From Takakia lepidozioides (lineage: Eukaryota; Plantae; Bryophyta), in contig CM060733.1 of the NCBI GenBank assembly GCA_030704615.1, positions 65,844,001 to 65,908,000 on the forward strand: 64,000 bases of DNA. Reading direction: 5' to 3'. Every line of letters starts with the position of its first letter. The stretch's first letter is position 1. The notes under the pieces were generated by a model. It did no database searches, had not been told where the DNA came from, and saw nothing but the letters and a program-made list of their open reading frames with translations. Below, piece after piece: positions 12,020-25,402 of the stretch. Made by a program: the position numbers and the translations under genes.

Positions 12020-14646
12020 CATGGCAGTTTCTGCAGTGACCTCCCTACATGGTTTTACCCATATTTGTTCAACAACTCAATATTTTATCTAAATTTATAT
12101 GGTGTAGGGTTTCTAACTACAATAGGTATGTGTACCAATTGTTAGATTGCAAAAACAATCATGTACCAGAAAGCCATGGACTTTTAAATTGATTACTGTG
12201 GACTACAGATGTTACACATAAAATCTTATGGACTGAAAAAACATCATGTATATTCATACAATGACACAAAGGAAAACACACTAGGGGTGCCATTTTTAAA
12301 TCCAACCCAAATCCACTTTTATGTGGACTAATTATCTTAGGAATTGAGAGCTATGGACTATTTTGCACCTAAAAACATGTTGATTTGCTCTAGTCCATAA
12401 CATCTTATGTTTTGGTTTTTGAGGTGTCTTCTTTTACTAAAAAGGCATACAAACCTATAATCTAGAGGTGCTAGGTGGTATATGGACAAGTGGTTGTAAA
12501 CTCTAGATTTTGATGTCTAAATGTTTTTTCAAATTAAAGATTAAAATATATAGTAAAGAATGTTTTCAATCTTTGAGGAGGGACTCTTTACTAAAAATGT
12601 AAAGAAAACATATCAACTAGGTACAAGCTGACTAATGTACACTTATGCTTTTAATATCACTTTGTTTTTCTAACTCTTGGTTGTTATTTTGCCAATTCAC
12701 GCTCAAGTTTCTGATGTAATTTAACTCCTAGAGCTATGCATGATATATAGGACATACGTCTGGTATACGTCTGGTGCTGAATAATTAGACAAAAGTTAAG
12801 GAAGATCTTGAGCATTGTGGGTGGCAATGCAGGGCATGTGATTAGCAGACCGCCCCTATGAGGACGTTACCACTCACTGCTGTCATTGTGGGGACATGTC
12901 CCGTCTCTTCATCAGTACCAGTTCATTTATGCCATGGCCACTTTGGGATGCAGGAAAGCAAAGGCTAGTCTTTCATCGATGGGGTAGAGGTTGGGGCCAT
13001 GATATGTCAATGTTGAGCAGTTTAGAACTAGCAGAGGATGTGTTAGTTGTTACCATTAGGTGCCCAGCCAGGCCATGTGAGTCGGATTTGCCCTTGTGGT
13101 ATTTTGAGTAGCTCACAATGGACACATGACGTGGATTGAGGGCATGCACGTTACTGTTCTTTGTTCATTTTCTGCTAATAGGTATGATGTACATGTTTGA
13201 GTAAGGCAACAATATCATGACAGTGGTTTCTGGAAACAATGCACTCTCTTTTGCTATCTGTTTCTGATAGGAATTGCTAGAATACCTTCCTGCAGGCAGT
13301 CTACTGTCATTCATTTTATGTGAGAAAGATGGCTTTGAAAGGCCCGTTGCTCTTCCTGCCTGTGCTATAATTCTCTAGCATGCGTGGGTTTAACAGAGTC
13401 TGCGCCTGGAATTTGACTAACTGGTGGATGGTATGGCTGCACCCGGTTCAGTCTTCTCTATCCCCCTTTGCTTGACTCTGATAGTTCATCTACGAAACTG
13501 CAATCAGACACCAACAATACAAGTCTCCATCTCTCAATTGTTATTAGTCTAGCTCCCTGGTGAAGATCCCTGGCTATGGCGGACCGAAGCCTGGCCAACA
13601 GACAACAATCCCATCATTCCCCTCTCTGCACGAGACAAGCTACTTCTGTACCCAAGTCAGGACGCTAATCAACTCACTAAACACAATCTACCTCAGTAAT
13701 GAGCAACACTAAGCAATCTACCTTCGCTCAATTGAGCAGAGAAATGTGTTCTACAGTGCTGCCTTCCTAAGTCTTCAGAGAGTTTGATAGTATAGATCGT
13801 AACTTCGTCTAAGCCCAAAAATTACTTGTGTGTATGATTGAATGCATGCAGTTCAATATGCAAGGATGGTTTAACTTTGAAGAGGGAATCAAGACAGTAT
13901 GATAGCAGGTCTGCTGCTGTTCCACTTGATTGTTCTGCTGTGTTTAGAAGGCTGTTAGCAACTCAGACTACAATGGTGCCCGGCTTTGGTATGTTGAGGA
14001 TCATGTGCCTTATTTTTACAGCTATGATCTTCTCCACTTTCTTATCCAAAAGGAGGGTGTGGAACTTTGAAAGGACCAAGAAGTATGACAAGTTGTAGGG
14101 TTTATGATGAGGGTTTGCCATATCTTCATAGCCAGGCACCTTTGCCAACCAGTTTGTATGAGAAGGGGGAGGACAACAGATTGTGTGATCAGAGAGGAAG
14201 GCAGGCACACTCCAAATAACAACAAGGACTGAGAAACCAATCACAGAATGAAAACCAGGCACATTAAATTGAAATTCCCCGCCTTGTGAAGTGATACACC
14301 ACAACACCAGTGCGGGAATTCTAGTCACCAGGCACATTAAATTGAACAGTTACAAATTTGGCCACAGCCACAGCCTCTTCAACCATAGCCTACAAAATAG
14401 ATTATAGATTATGAATTATAATCTGTGGCCAAATAACACAGCTACATACATACAAATTCAGAATACAATATCTCTGTTCACAAACAACTTGTAATTCACA
14501 TTGCTACATATTTGAGTCACATAACCCAAAGGAGAGTTGAACCCCATCCCGATAAGGAAGGTTGCCTGTCAACCATGGGTTGGCTTGCAACATGCCACAA
14601 GTGTTAGTAATTCATAAGGCAAAAGTACTGATTAGTCGGCCATTGT

Positions 14647-17600
14647 TTAGTGATCTTCCATTGCTGCCAGAGCTTCATTGATGCCTTCCAGTGCATCCGC
14701 AGACAAGGTGAAGACTGGATCCTTGCCTTTGACTCGATATGTCGCTGGAGGCATAACAAATTTCACAGCCCTCACCAAATGCGAATACACAAATGCCAAA
14801 GGCTGGTCAGATAGGAACTTGTAAGCCTTATCTCTTCTTCCACACAACTGGTAATATCTCCCTGCAACCACATGCTCGCCAGGGTCAAAAGTACTTCCCC
14901 ACCCATCTGTGAATGTCTCCATAACAACGTGAACTGGCCTTTCACAACAAAGCAAGTATAAGTCCACCCCTTCTGAGTTTCCAGCTTCAACATTGCAGGC
15001 AAAATTGTCCCCTGTATCCAAGCATGAGGCCAAGTCCTCCCCATCTCCCCCAAACTCCCAATTTCATGCATGAGCAATACTGATGCACTTGTCCCAATCA
15101 AGATCCAAACAATGTGGTCAAAAGCATGATAAGTCTCGAACCATAAGTTTGGTTGGGTCTGACTTGTTCCTCCCAAGAATGGAATGCAAAGACCGAGTTC
15201 CAGGTACGGTCTTGCAATCCCACTCTTGTGTGCAGTCAACATCTTCTGTACCAACAAGCCAAAAATGTCTTTTCACTGCTGTTCTAATCTTATAGTACGA
15301 AGAAGGAGGTCGGGTGGACAAATTCTCATGCAAAAAAGCTACTGCCTCAGCAACATTTTGCAGCTTCACACCATTTGAGTTTAACTACTCTGCTCGTAAA
15401 GCCCTCTTGATCACAACACCAGCCCCATCGTGATTCCCGTGCCCTGATCCAAAAAAGTTCCACCACATGGTACAACCCCCTATGATGTGGGGGTACCTAC
15501 TAACAAAATACCAAGGACGAGCACCTTTAAACTGAGTAGCGCAACCGTCACTCCATACCCAATGCGATTCAGGTCTGAACCCTGCTTCAGCAAGGTAATT
15601 CCAATGAAACTGGAAGCAATGTTGTACGAACAACGTGTCATGCTTGTTGTCATCAGAAATGTAAAAGTGCATTTCTTTCAAAACCTTGGAATCGGGATCA
15701 TTCACATCAGGGTGTGGATTCCACCGGTAGGTAATGTGCACCAATATAGTGATCTGGAAACTGTGCCAGTGCATCTCTTGCACTTCGTTCTGAACGTGTA
15801 GTTTTCAGCAAAGTCAACAACAGACAATATTGTATTCTCTGGCAAAGATTTCAAACTGGCTTTAAACTAAGCATCTTGCCATCGGGCTACAAAGTTATGA
15901 CAAACAAAAGCCTGTGCTTGGGTTTGAAGTACGACAAGAATTGAACAGAGGAAGTCGTTTGGTATTGGAGTTTCAGTCTCATTCTAGGGGCTCCATCTTT
16001 CTCTCCAACATTCTCTTTTGCATAGCATCTCCACTGCACTGTCAAATCACAACCATTTGCCTCCACGGGACAAATAGATAACTTACTTGAGCCACACCTC
16101 AAGCACTCTCCCATGAGACCGTCTCACCGATGCCATTCATCCAATTCCCCTTTGGAACAAACAATTTCTTGCCAAAGCCGAGTTACTCCTTCGTAGGGGT
16201 GCTTGTTCGCTTGACAACCAGCTTCACCATCTAATACTGGTCCACGTCGACAAATATTACAGTCACAAGCACATGATGATGGAGAGTGGACACCCCTCTC
16301 GGCAGTCCGCATGTTGTTGAACCCATCCTTCAACTCCGCCATCTCCACATGATATTTGCAACAACAAACATCACGATCCTTCAGGCGTTTGACAAAGAAG
16401 AGCCTCAACAACTCAAACAATCGTTGACATTGGGATGGGCTGATTTGAAGCGAAGAAAGAAAGCAATCTGCATTACCACCACAACATGCACAAAGAGAAT
16501 CCCATTCAGTGAATGCACTAATAAAACCTACTACTCATCTTTCCTGGTGACAGTACAATAAGTACATGCTAACCAGTCCTAGACCTAGTCCTAGTCATAG
16601 TCATTTCTCGTCACATGTCAAATTGTACATGTACTAATCAGTCCGAGTGTGAGTTCTTTCTAGTCACATATCAATGAATGCATGTACTAATCAGTCCTAG
16701 TCCTAGTCCTTTCTAGTCACAAATCAAGGAATGCATGTCCTAATCAGTCCTAGTCCTAGTTCTTTCTAGTCACATATCAAGGAATGCATGTGCAAATCAG
16801 TCCTAGTCCTAGTCCTTCCTAGTCACATTTGAGGGAGTGCATGTCCAAATCGGTCCTAGTCCTAGTCGTTGTCCTTTTCTAGTCACATTTCAAGGAGTGC
16901 ATGTACTAATGGAGTACATGTATATTTCAAGGAGTACATGTACATCTACTTCTAGTCCCTCCAACTCAAATTACAAGGAGTGCATGCTATTCTGTCCTAA
17001 CTGGTCATAATATAAGGAGTGCATGCTAGTGAGTTCTATTTCTAGTCCATCCTAGTCACATTACAATGAGTACCAGTCCATGAACAGGAGGGACATCTAC
17101 AAGACACTCCAATTCAGGACATGAGCTGGACATAGTGTCCACAATTGAGTACAGTAATCTCAGTCCACTGGTAGGTTTACAGGTGACAATGTACCTTGTC
17201 TAGGGAAAATGTACGAGGCAACTCAAACAATACAATGGCAGTTGACAAACTCCAACATAGTCCAATACAGTTATGTACAGTAGTAAGTGTAGAAGGACTG
17301 TAAAGTACTGAGAGCCCACATAAACACTGCAAAGAGAGGGTATGTTTACCTGAGTCTCAAGAAGATAGTGAGCAGGTTGTGTATCATAGACTTTCCTCGA
17401 CACGCGCTGCCTCACGACATCTTTCTTGTTGGGTGACACTCGTGTCTCATTTACCCACCAAGCCGGGTACATGATCAAACCTTTTCTTTCTCCCACCCAA
17501 AGCCCACAAACCCTCACCTTCTGAATCAATGACTATTCGTCGTACAATTGCACGACTAATATTGTTGTGATGAATATTAAGGATACGAGCCGTTGCCCTT

Positions 17601-18138
17601 ACAACAATGGTCTAGGTTCCACTAACAGACGTTGTTAAGAATGAGCATTTACTCGCAAGACTACACACCCTTAACAAGTTGCATGGAGCTCTGCTGGTTC
17701 TTCAACAGATCAGCATGTGCCTTGGCCTCCTTAGGCAGCAAGTAATAGGCAGGTACGTTGAGTTTAATGATGACCCAAAAATAACTCCATTACCTCTGTT
17801 TGTGAATGAAGTGTTGGGCATTCCCTCCATTGCTCGTAACGGAAGTCGGCCATTTTCGAAGCCATTCTCCTCTTGTCTCGTTCTGAAAACCCCACCCTGG
17901 CATCTTCCACAGAACCTTGCCCAGACGTTGTAGCAGCCGCATTAATCTCTGCCTCTTTCTGGGCTTGAAGTCTCTCCCTAGACATTCTTTTCCGGTCAGC
18001 CTGGGTTTGTTTGCGTGCATCCTTGGTGGGCCTGGCTGCAGCCAACAACGCCAGTTTTGCCCGTTTTTGGGGGCCTGGTCTTACCTCTCCATTTACCCTA
18101 TACTTGTTCTTCTTGTTCTCCATTGAAAACTGATACAA
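14647..18138 (-). mobile_element. Sola-superfamily DNA transposase pseudogene (intron-containing)
   Basis: Motifs in order: FVKRLKDRDVCCCKYH, GECLRCG, LSVVDFAENYTF (~15790-15830), HFYISDDNKHD, WVWSDGCATQFK, WNFFGSGHG..HDGAG, TVPGTRSLH, RDLSCFC; matches the DDD catalytic layout of Sola; GT donor near 17349, AG acceptor near 16470; several frameshifts. Confidence 0.8.
16570..17060. repeat. ~53-60-bp minisatellite (gcatgtactaatcagtcctagtcctagt...tctagtcaca) inside the Sola transposase intron
   Basis: About 8 degenerate tandem units rich in TAGTCC. Confidence 0.85.
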
Positions 18139-18372
18139 CTGTTAGCAAAGTATAGAGATCTGAAACCAGACAACAGTTTACTTAAGTGTACTCTCTCTCC
18201 CAATGGTTGTCCCAGTCCAATTCAGTTGTATGAAGACATGGCCTGCAAAACAACCCAAAGCAAATGTGAGAAGAATATCAACACTCTCGGTTTTGTTGCA
18301 CCAATTTACGTAGGAAAATCTGCAATGAATATGACAACAAATGGGAGAGCCCCCACCTTTACTTGTTCTGTA

Positions 18373-18625
18373 ATCAGCCACAAACCCAATGCTTCCACGA
18401 TTTACTTCACCATTCCTATTATTCTCTCGCCCTTGTCGTCCGCCTGTGGACAAAATCAGAATGTCGACTTCACGTCCTTGAAATCCATCCACAGTATTGA
18501 ACTCAATGTCACATGCTGCACCAGAATCTAGTGCACGAATAAAGCGATTCCGAAGCAGTAATAGCTGCTGTTTGTACGGTGTAATTATGACCCCAAAGCG
18601 CCCTGGCCTCACCTCAGCTGAATAC
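18373..18625 (-). pseudogene. Captured exon fragment of a SEN1/Upf1-like SF1 helicase (AAA_12 region)
   Basis: After ttttaccAG: YSAEVRPGRFGVIITPYKQQLLLLRNRF...EFNTVDGFQGREVDILILST...SIGFVAD; SF1 motifs ITPY and TVDGFQGRE; truncated before the RRMNVALTRA motif. Confidence 0.85.
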
Positions 18626-19509
18626 CTGGTAAAATTCCACCAAACGCAGCAGCAGCAAAGAACTTGTGAGTGCCAACTCACAGATCTGAAAGAAGAGAAA
18701 CTACCATGACAAAGACCACCCTGTTATTGGAGAGAAACCGAGCACCAATCCAGGTCCCATAATGAGCCATAGAGACAACCTCAATTCATCCGACTTCATG
18801 GTTCCCATCTTCAATCAAAGTAATGCATCTTAGAGCGATCTGGCCTACCTTTTGGATATCTAATCCCAAGATGGACGGTAATGTTTCCAAAACATGTGGC
18901 AGCCTGGTGATCTCTTGCACCAGTACTTTCCACAAAACTCATCCTAATATTGTAGCTAAAATCTTTTGCCCTGTTCTTCGCTCTATGATTGCAGCCACCA
19001 CCCACAGGCTATGCTTATGTATGTCAATATAAGTGTCCTCTCCTATAACCAGTCAAGCCTGTCTATGGTAGCACGCACTGACGTTGTACCAGCCGCATTG
19101 CAGACATCTCCCCTCTTTCTTGACCTTAAGTCTCTCCCTAGACCTAACCAACAATCTGATCTTAGCTCTCTTCTGAATGAAGAATAAAGGTCTAGCAAAT
19201 TTTGGAGCCTATATGATGATCTCAATGCCTGTTCAGTACAAACCCAAGCAACCACTGAGAAATTGAAACAGAAAGGTGAACTCAACTATGAGCGCCCGAT
19301 TGGGTGGTGCATAATCAGCTTTTTGTTCAGTGTGTGGAAATGCTCAATGAGCAGAAGTACAAATTTGATGCATGGCCACCCTCACATGGTCAGAGCCCCT
19401 ATAGTAGTTGGGATGCATGTCTGGAGAAAGATGTTAAGGACTGAGTACTTGAAAACAACATTTCATGCACACGCTTGGTGAGGTTCTCTCCCATCGCTGC
19501 CAAAAAGTA

Positions 19510-19860
19510 GTGCTGGATGGCTTGTTTGCGTGCATCCTCAGTGGGCTTGGCTGCAGCCAACAAAGCCAATTTTGCCCTATTCAAGGGGGGCCTAGTCTTA
19601 TTTCTCCATTTACCCTATGTTCTTCTTGTTCCCCATTGAAAAATGATACAAGAATTAGCAAAGTAGAGAGAAAAGAAAACCAGACCCGAGTTCAAGTACA
19701 TACTTTGTCTCTCAATGGTTGTCCCAGTCCAATTCAGTTGTATGAAGACAGGGCCTGCAAAACAACCCAAAGGAAATGTGAGAAAAATAACAACAACTAG
19801 GAAAATCTTCAATGAATATGACACCAAATGGGAGAGCCCCGTCATTTACTTGTTCTGTAA
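19510..19860. repeat. Diverged direct duplicate of 18005-18375 (5' region of the Sola transposase)
   Basis: RAKLALLAAA(R/K)PT(K/E)DARKQ in both copies; shared caatggttgtcccagtccaattcagttgtatgaagaca block. Confidence 0.85.
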
Positions 19861-20109
19861 TTATTCGGTGTTCCTCGCTCTCCGATTCCAGCCACCACCC
19901 ACCTATGCTTATGTATGTCACTATAACCTGTTCTCTTCGCCTCACACACAAGGGTCCAATCTTTGAATCTGGAAAATCGCATATCATCACAATACAACAT
20001 CATTCTGAACCCCCAAGGATGCACCTTGAGAGGGACCCTGTATATAATCAAGTCTCCTGCTATAGGGCAGTCAATGCAATATGCCGGTAGGGGTTACCAC
20101 TCAAAAACA

Positions 20110-22453
20110 GGACGAGTATATGTTGACAATGTCAACATCCATAGTCTTGATTGGGATACCCACCTCACCCACATCAAGCGAGTTCTAAGACAGTTGCGAA
20201 AGTCAAACCTGCGGTTGAATCCAGATAAGTGTACCTTTGGCAACAAGGAACTTGTGTTCCTTGGACATGTTGTTTCCGGAGAAGGAGTGAGACCAGATCC
20301 AGATATGAATTATTCCCTGGAGTATGAGCAAGGAGAAGAGAAGCTGAGAGAGCAAGCACATAGGAAGATAGAATGCTACAGCGGTAGTGGAGAGTTTTCT
20401 CTTTTGAGTTCATAACTATAGGTACTGACAGTTCATATGATGGGATGACAGCAAAGGGTTGCCCAAAGGGAATACTAAAAAGAGAGCCACAGCCTGGAAG
20501 CATGCCTCCCTTCTTTGACAAAAAGGTTACCTTTGCTGCAGTAGTTAACAGCCATGAGGATGGTGTGGGGAGCTCGGGACAAGCCATGGGTTGTGGGATG
20601 GATGGTGACACAGGTGCTGGACTGGGAGGAACAGCTGCTGAGACGCAATGGCGACTGCTGCAGGCACCTGAATTCTTGACAGGCTGTGGCAAGCCTGACA
20701 ACCACGGCTTGCCTTCAATTAATGTTGTGTAGACTCAAGGCAGCAAACAGCACACAATCGAGGCAAGGGAGGAGGTGTTCAACACAGGAGAGGGGAGAGC
20801 AATTCCCCAACGAAGGAACACCAGGCATCTGAAGAGACCGACGATCTGTTGGGGGATGAAGAGGAGTCTGCTGATAATGAAGATGGGTCTGCTGATGATG
20901 ACCAGCAAGAGCATGAAGCAAGGGAAGAGTCTCCTGGACAGAGCAGAGAGGAACTAAGGGGCGCAAGAAGGCACATCAGTTCAGACTGTCCATCATGCAG
21001 CCAGGCAAGGGGGCACAAGAGGGAGAGCCATGAGGAAGAAGACCATGGATGGAAGATATGGACAACTCCAACTAAGGCTATGCAAGTGGCTTAATAAGAG
21101 AGGCAGACCAGTGGAGGCAAGAGGAAAGAACATACAGTGGCAGTGAACAAAGCACACCTGAAAGGGAGGAACGGGCTCCAGACATTTTGGATGATGTGGA
21201 GGCCATGCACATGCTAACCTTTGGAGAACCCAACGATTATCTTACCAGAGGGGAGCGGCGGAGAGTCATACAAAGGGCTCAAAGTTACTCATATTACAAG
21301 GGTGATGTCTTCTTTGAGGAAAAACTGGTGGTGCCAAGACAGGACAGAGAGGCAAGGGTGAAGGAAATGCACTTGATGATTGGCCACTATGGAATCCGAA
21401 GAACACAGGAAGAGATATTCCGCAGGTATTTCTGGCACAACAGGACTGAGTTTATAAGACTTGTGCTAAAAGGTTGTGTGCAATGTCAAGCTACCAAGGA
21501 AATGATACGCTCAGGCTGCTCCAGGTTGTAGAGCATTCCAGTTGTTGACCTGTTCTTCAGAATTGCCATTGACACGGCTGGACCCTTGCCCATCACAACG
21601 AGAGGTAATCAATACTTTTTGGTTGCCATAGATCACTTCTCCAAGTGGATAGAAGCGACACCGGTGGCTGATCATACTGCCAGATTGACTGCCAGGTTCC
21701 TGACTGAGGAAGTTATTAGCAGATATGCCTGCCCACACTCAGTTCTCACAGATAATGGTACAGAGTGGGGGGGGGGGGAGAGTTTGGAGAAGCATGTGAG
21801 GAGTATGGCATAAGAAGGGAAGCACAGTGCCCCTTATTGGCCACAGTGCAACGGGATGGTAGAGAGAGTCATTAAGTCACTCAAACAAAATATCACTACT
21901 CTTGGGGTTGGCAATGACTTAGAATGGGATGAGAATCTCTATAGGGCACTGTTCGGATACAGGATGGGAGCGCAGGCAACAACCAGCTTCTCCCCATACC
22001 AGGTGTTAACAGGCAGGGTGCCAAGACTTGGAGTTGACAACAGGCTGCAAGGGTTGCTGAGCACTGTAAATCTGGATGACTCGGTGGAAGGAATCACAAG
22101 GATGATGGAGGAAAAGATTCAGCTGCTCTCTCAGTTGAAGGGGAGATTGCGCACGAATGTCAAAAAGGGCCAGAAGCAGCAGGCTAAAGATTATGAGTTC
22201 TAAACGTCACCAGACTGGACATAAGTTTTTACAGCTTGAGGAAGGCAGCAAGGTGATGATGCTCAAGCCTGGAAAGCGCTCATCAATGGTGAGTCCATGG
22301 GAAGGGCCATACGAGTTTTTGGGATACAAGGATGTTGATGGAAAGCACAAGGGAGAGGGAGGTCGTAGATGCAGACTTAAGGATGGATCAGGAAAAGAAT
22401 GGCTGCGCAGCAGACGCGACCTTAAACTCTTTGTGCAGACACATGATCCATGA
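20110..22453 (+). mobile_element. Ty3/Gypsy LTR retrotransposon pol remnant (RT fragment, integrase)
   Basis: YVDN..HLTHIKRVL..LRLNPDKCTF..LVFLGHVVSGEGVRPDP; integrase HHCC (HLMIGHYG..CVQC), AIDHFSKWIEA, VLTDNGTE, NGMVERVIKSLK, PWEGPY; frameshifts. Confidence 0.88.
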
Positions 22454-22511
22454 TGAGTAGAAAAATGGTCAGAAGGGACTCTGACTCTTAAAAAAGGAGA
22501 CACACTACATA

Positions 22512-23823
22512 TGTAGTGTGATAATCGATTTTATGTGACAAAAATCTTTTCATTGAGCAGAGAATGGCCTTGGATCAGTAACTGTGAGGGGTGATATGCA
22601 AGACTCTAAAAGCTGTGAGGGTGGAGTATTAAGAAAGCCAGACTAATAAGTTCAGTTCATGGATGAATAAGTTCATACATGGATGAATCAGCTCACAGGT
22701 CATCTTGTTTGTTGGACTTAGTGCAAGTGCGAGCTGCCATAGCTCGACGGGCTACTGATCTGGATAGGTATACAGAGGGGCAGCGATGTAGCTCAAAGGA
22801 AAGAGGAAGCGTCGCTGGCAGTTTCATAAGAGATCGGTGACCTGCATTTTATTTCAGGGCAGACATGACTTATCCATTGGAGCTTGGTAACCTATGCAAC
22901 TGCCAGAGCAGGAAGCGGTGCCGGCTTTGTCTTGATGAATCCGTGACTCGAGAATCGCTGGAAGATAAGCTTACAGGGAGGTAATGCTGAGGCTGTGGGC
23001 AAGGAGATGGCGAACGCTGTGAATAGTATGTGACTGGATCAACTCGGTTGGTATCTTAGTAAATTGATTAGCAGCAAGGTGTAAAGATAAGGGATAGTCA
23101 GTAGAGTGGATGGGCAGACTGTGCTGCTCCAGGGTAGCAAGCGGTGCTGCACTGCTTTGATGATTCGTAACTAGGGTTCGCTGGAGGATGGGTGTGCTGA
23201 GGGCAGATAGAGGATCTGTGAGCTGTGACTTGACGATTCTGCTTGAGGGAGAAGCGCCGGCAAGGGCTGCAGAAGGCAGACATTAATGTCAAGGATGCTG
23301 ATGCCAAATCGGGCAGGAAATCCCACCGCCTGAACCTAAGTATAAAGCAGCTAAGTGGAGTATGTTTTCTCTTCTTGATCTTATGACTAACTTTAGGATG
23401 CGCAGATCTCTTTCTAGGACTTAGACGATAAGAAAGGATGACTGGAGTAGAGACGAGGATTTTGTACACTGGAAAATTGGGACAAAGGGGAGTTGAATAC
23501 TAAGTGATGAAGAAGGTGTACAACTCATTGTTTTTGTAGACTGAAAGTGGTGAGAAGGTGTGTTGATGGGGCTCTTGGGGTTCATCTGAGAGAAAGAGAG
23601 ATTTGCAGAGAGAATGGGAGAGAGAGAGGTCATGCACAAGAGCAATTCCTGTAGTGTGGGATGTGAGTTGTTTGGGCGTAGTGGGGGAAAGATTAAGAGA
23701 GTATGACCTGCCTGGTATCTGGAAGTAAATGTAAGTAATCACTACTGCAACTGATCTGGATTTGTGTGAAACTTGTATGTTGACTCACAGGGCACATGGG
23801 CTGGTGTATGCCATCGCTCGACA
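22512..23823 (+). repeat. Probable 3' LTR of the preceding Gypsy element
   Basis: Follows the integrase end and a purine-rich tract; begins TGTAG; first ~450 bp repeated at 9225-9640; TATAAA at 23341; right boundary tentative. Confidence 0.45.
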
Positions 23824-24121
23824 AAGGTTTACATTTGGTAATTAGTAATAGTATTTAGTGTCACATCTTCCCCTTCCGCCGCGGTGTGTGCATTAAGAGG
23901 ATACATCTCTGGTCATGTATAGTTTAGAGATTAGCACTTGGGGTATGAGACATAGGGCCTTGAAGTGCTTCACTGGTCAATGAACAGTCTAGAACATAAC
24001 TCAAAGGGGATTTATGGCCCTTTCTTTTCACACTACAGAAGTATCAAGTCATGAATGAGTCGATACAAGAAGAATGAATCCTAACATGTAGGAGAGGGGA
24101 TCACATTCCGTGATGAATGAT

Positions 24122-24170
24122 CTGGATTGAGTTTCACCTGGATTGAGTTTCACCTGGATTGAGTTTCATC
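24122..24170. repeat. 16-bp tandem repeat x3 (ctggattgagtttcac)
   Basis: Read directly. Confidence 0.9.
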
Positions 24171-24547
24171 CAGATGGACCTTGAGCTCAGTTTTCTTTAA
24201 GGCGGGAGGTTACTTTAAGGTCAAGAAATGGTTATGTTAGTTGACTGGCATGGTTCATGTTACAATGTTGTTTAATCAGTAAAGTGAAAGAGGACACATA
24301 CTTTTTGGGCACCTTTGGCTCCATTCGGAGTGCACTTGCAGTTCAAAATAGTACCCCCTACTCGTCCATTCAAGGTTATTCCATGATTTCACATTGAATA
24401 TTCACCAATATTACAAAATAATTCGGAAATTATTTATCTTTTTTGCATTAAATTTCATTTCTTTGTGCCCACATCAGAAAAACATATACGACGACACTGC
24501 ACACCTGAAACTGCACACATTTCTTAAATGATCCATTTTAGGTGTTT

Positions 24548-24688
24548 GACGACCTCCTGCACATGAGGAAATAGGCTCCCGCAGACTGCCATGTGTCTGT
24601 CTAATCTGGCGGGGTAGGATGGGTGACGACCTCCTGCACATGAGGGAATAGGCTCCCGCAGACTGCCATGTGTCTGTCTAATCTGGCG
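24548..24688. repeat. ~64-bp direct duplication (period 77 bp)
   Basis: gacgacctcctgcacatgagg(a/g)aataggctcccgcagactgccatgtgtctgtctaatctggcg at 24548 and 24625. Confidence 0.9.
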
Positions 24689-25402
24689 AGAATTTCACCA
24701 ACGTAAGATATTTTGGTATTTTTGAGGATAGGCAGGATGAGAGGGAGCCTATGTCAAAAATCATTCCCATCCGACAGCATTTGCACATGCTCCAAAGATT
24801 GAGAAACCCAATACTACTACTTCAGAGATCCAATGACTCTCTCTTTATGTATCTCATCCCACATCATCTGCTCCCACATCTGCCATAGCAATTGGGGCCG
24901 CTTGAGAGATTAAAGTTTTTACTACCCGAAGTGACTTCTGTGATTCATTTATTATTTACTTATATTTGGAACTGAATACTCATGTACCTGTTGATTTGAG
25001 CTGTAATAAAATGAATTGAAGACTACAATTGTCCCTGTTATTACTTCTAATCAAATGACCCAATCAAGGGGCCCCAAAGGATGGTCACAACCAGAATCCA
25101 ACTGCTTTCCCTAAAACAGCTTCCTGTCCATTTGTCACTTTGTCTCCAAAGAGCTGTCCCCTGCTGCGGGCTGAACCCTATTTGGCAAAAACATGGCCCT
25201 GATTAGTTCAAAGTGGAATTCAACAATTTCATCACCATCCTACCTCCTCTCCAAATCTTTGAGCTAGCATCATAGGGCAAACCCTTGCTGACACGTATTA
25301 ACATGGAAACATGGATATATGGCCTCAAAATTCGGAGATTCTCCTTGCGATGATGATTCCACTTGTCTTTACAAAAAATAACAACAAATCTACTGAAGAC
25401 AA

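Noticed and set aside
12840-14340. Nested LTR or other insertion between the RING ORF and the Sola transposase
   Set aside because: Composition suggests TE debris, but I could not find boundaries, TSDs or a diagnostic domain
18178-18681. Helitron helicase or an intact SEN1 gene
   Set aside because: Motifs are Upf1/SEN1-type rather than PIF1-type, and only one truncated exon is present
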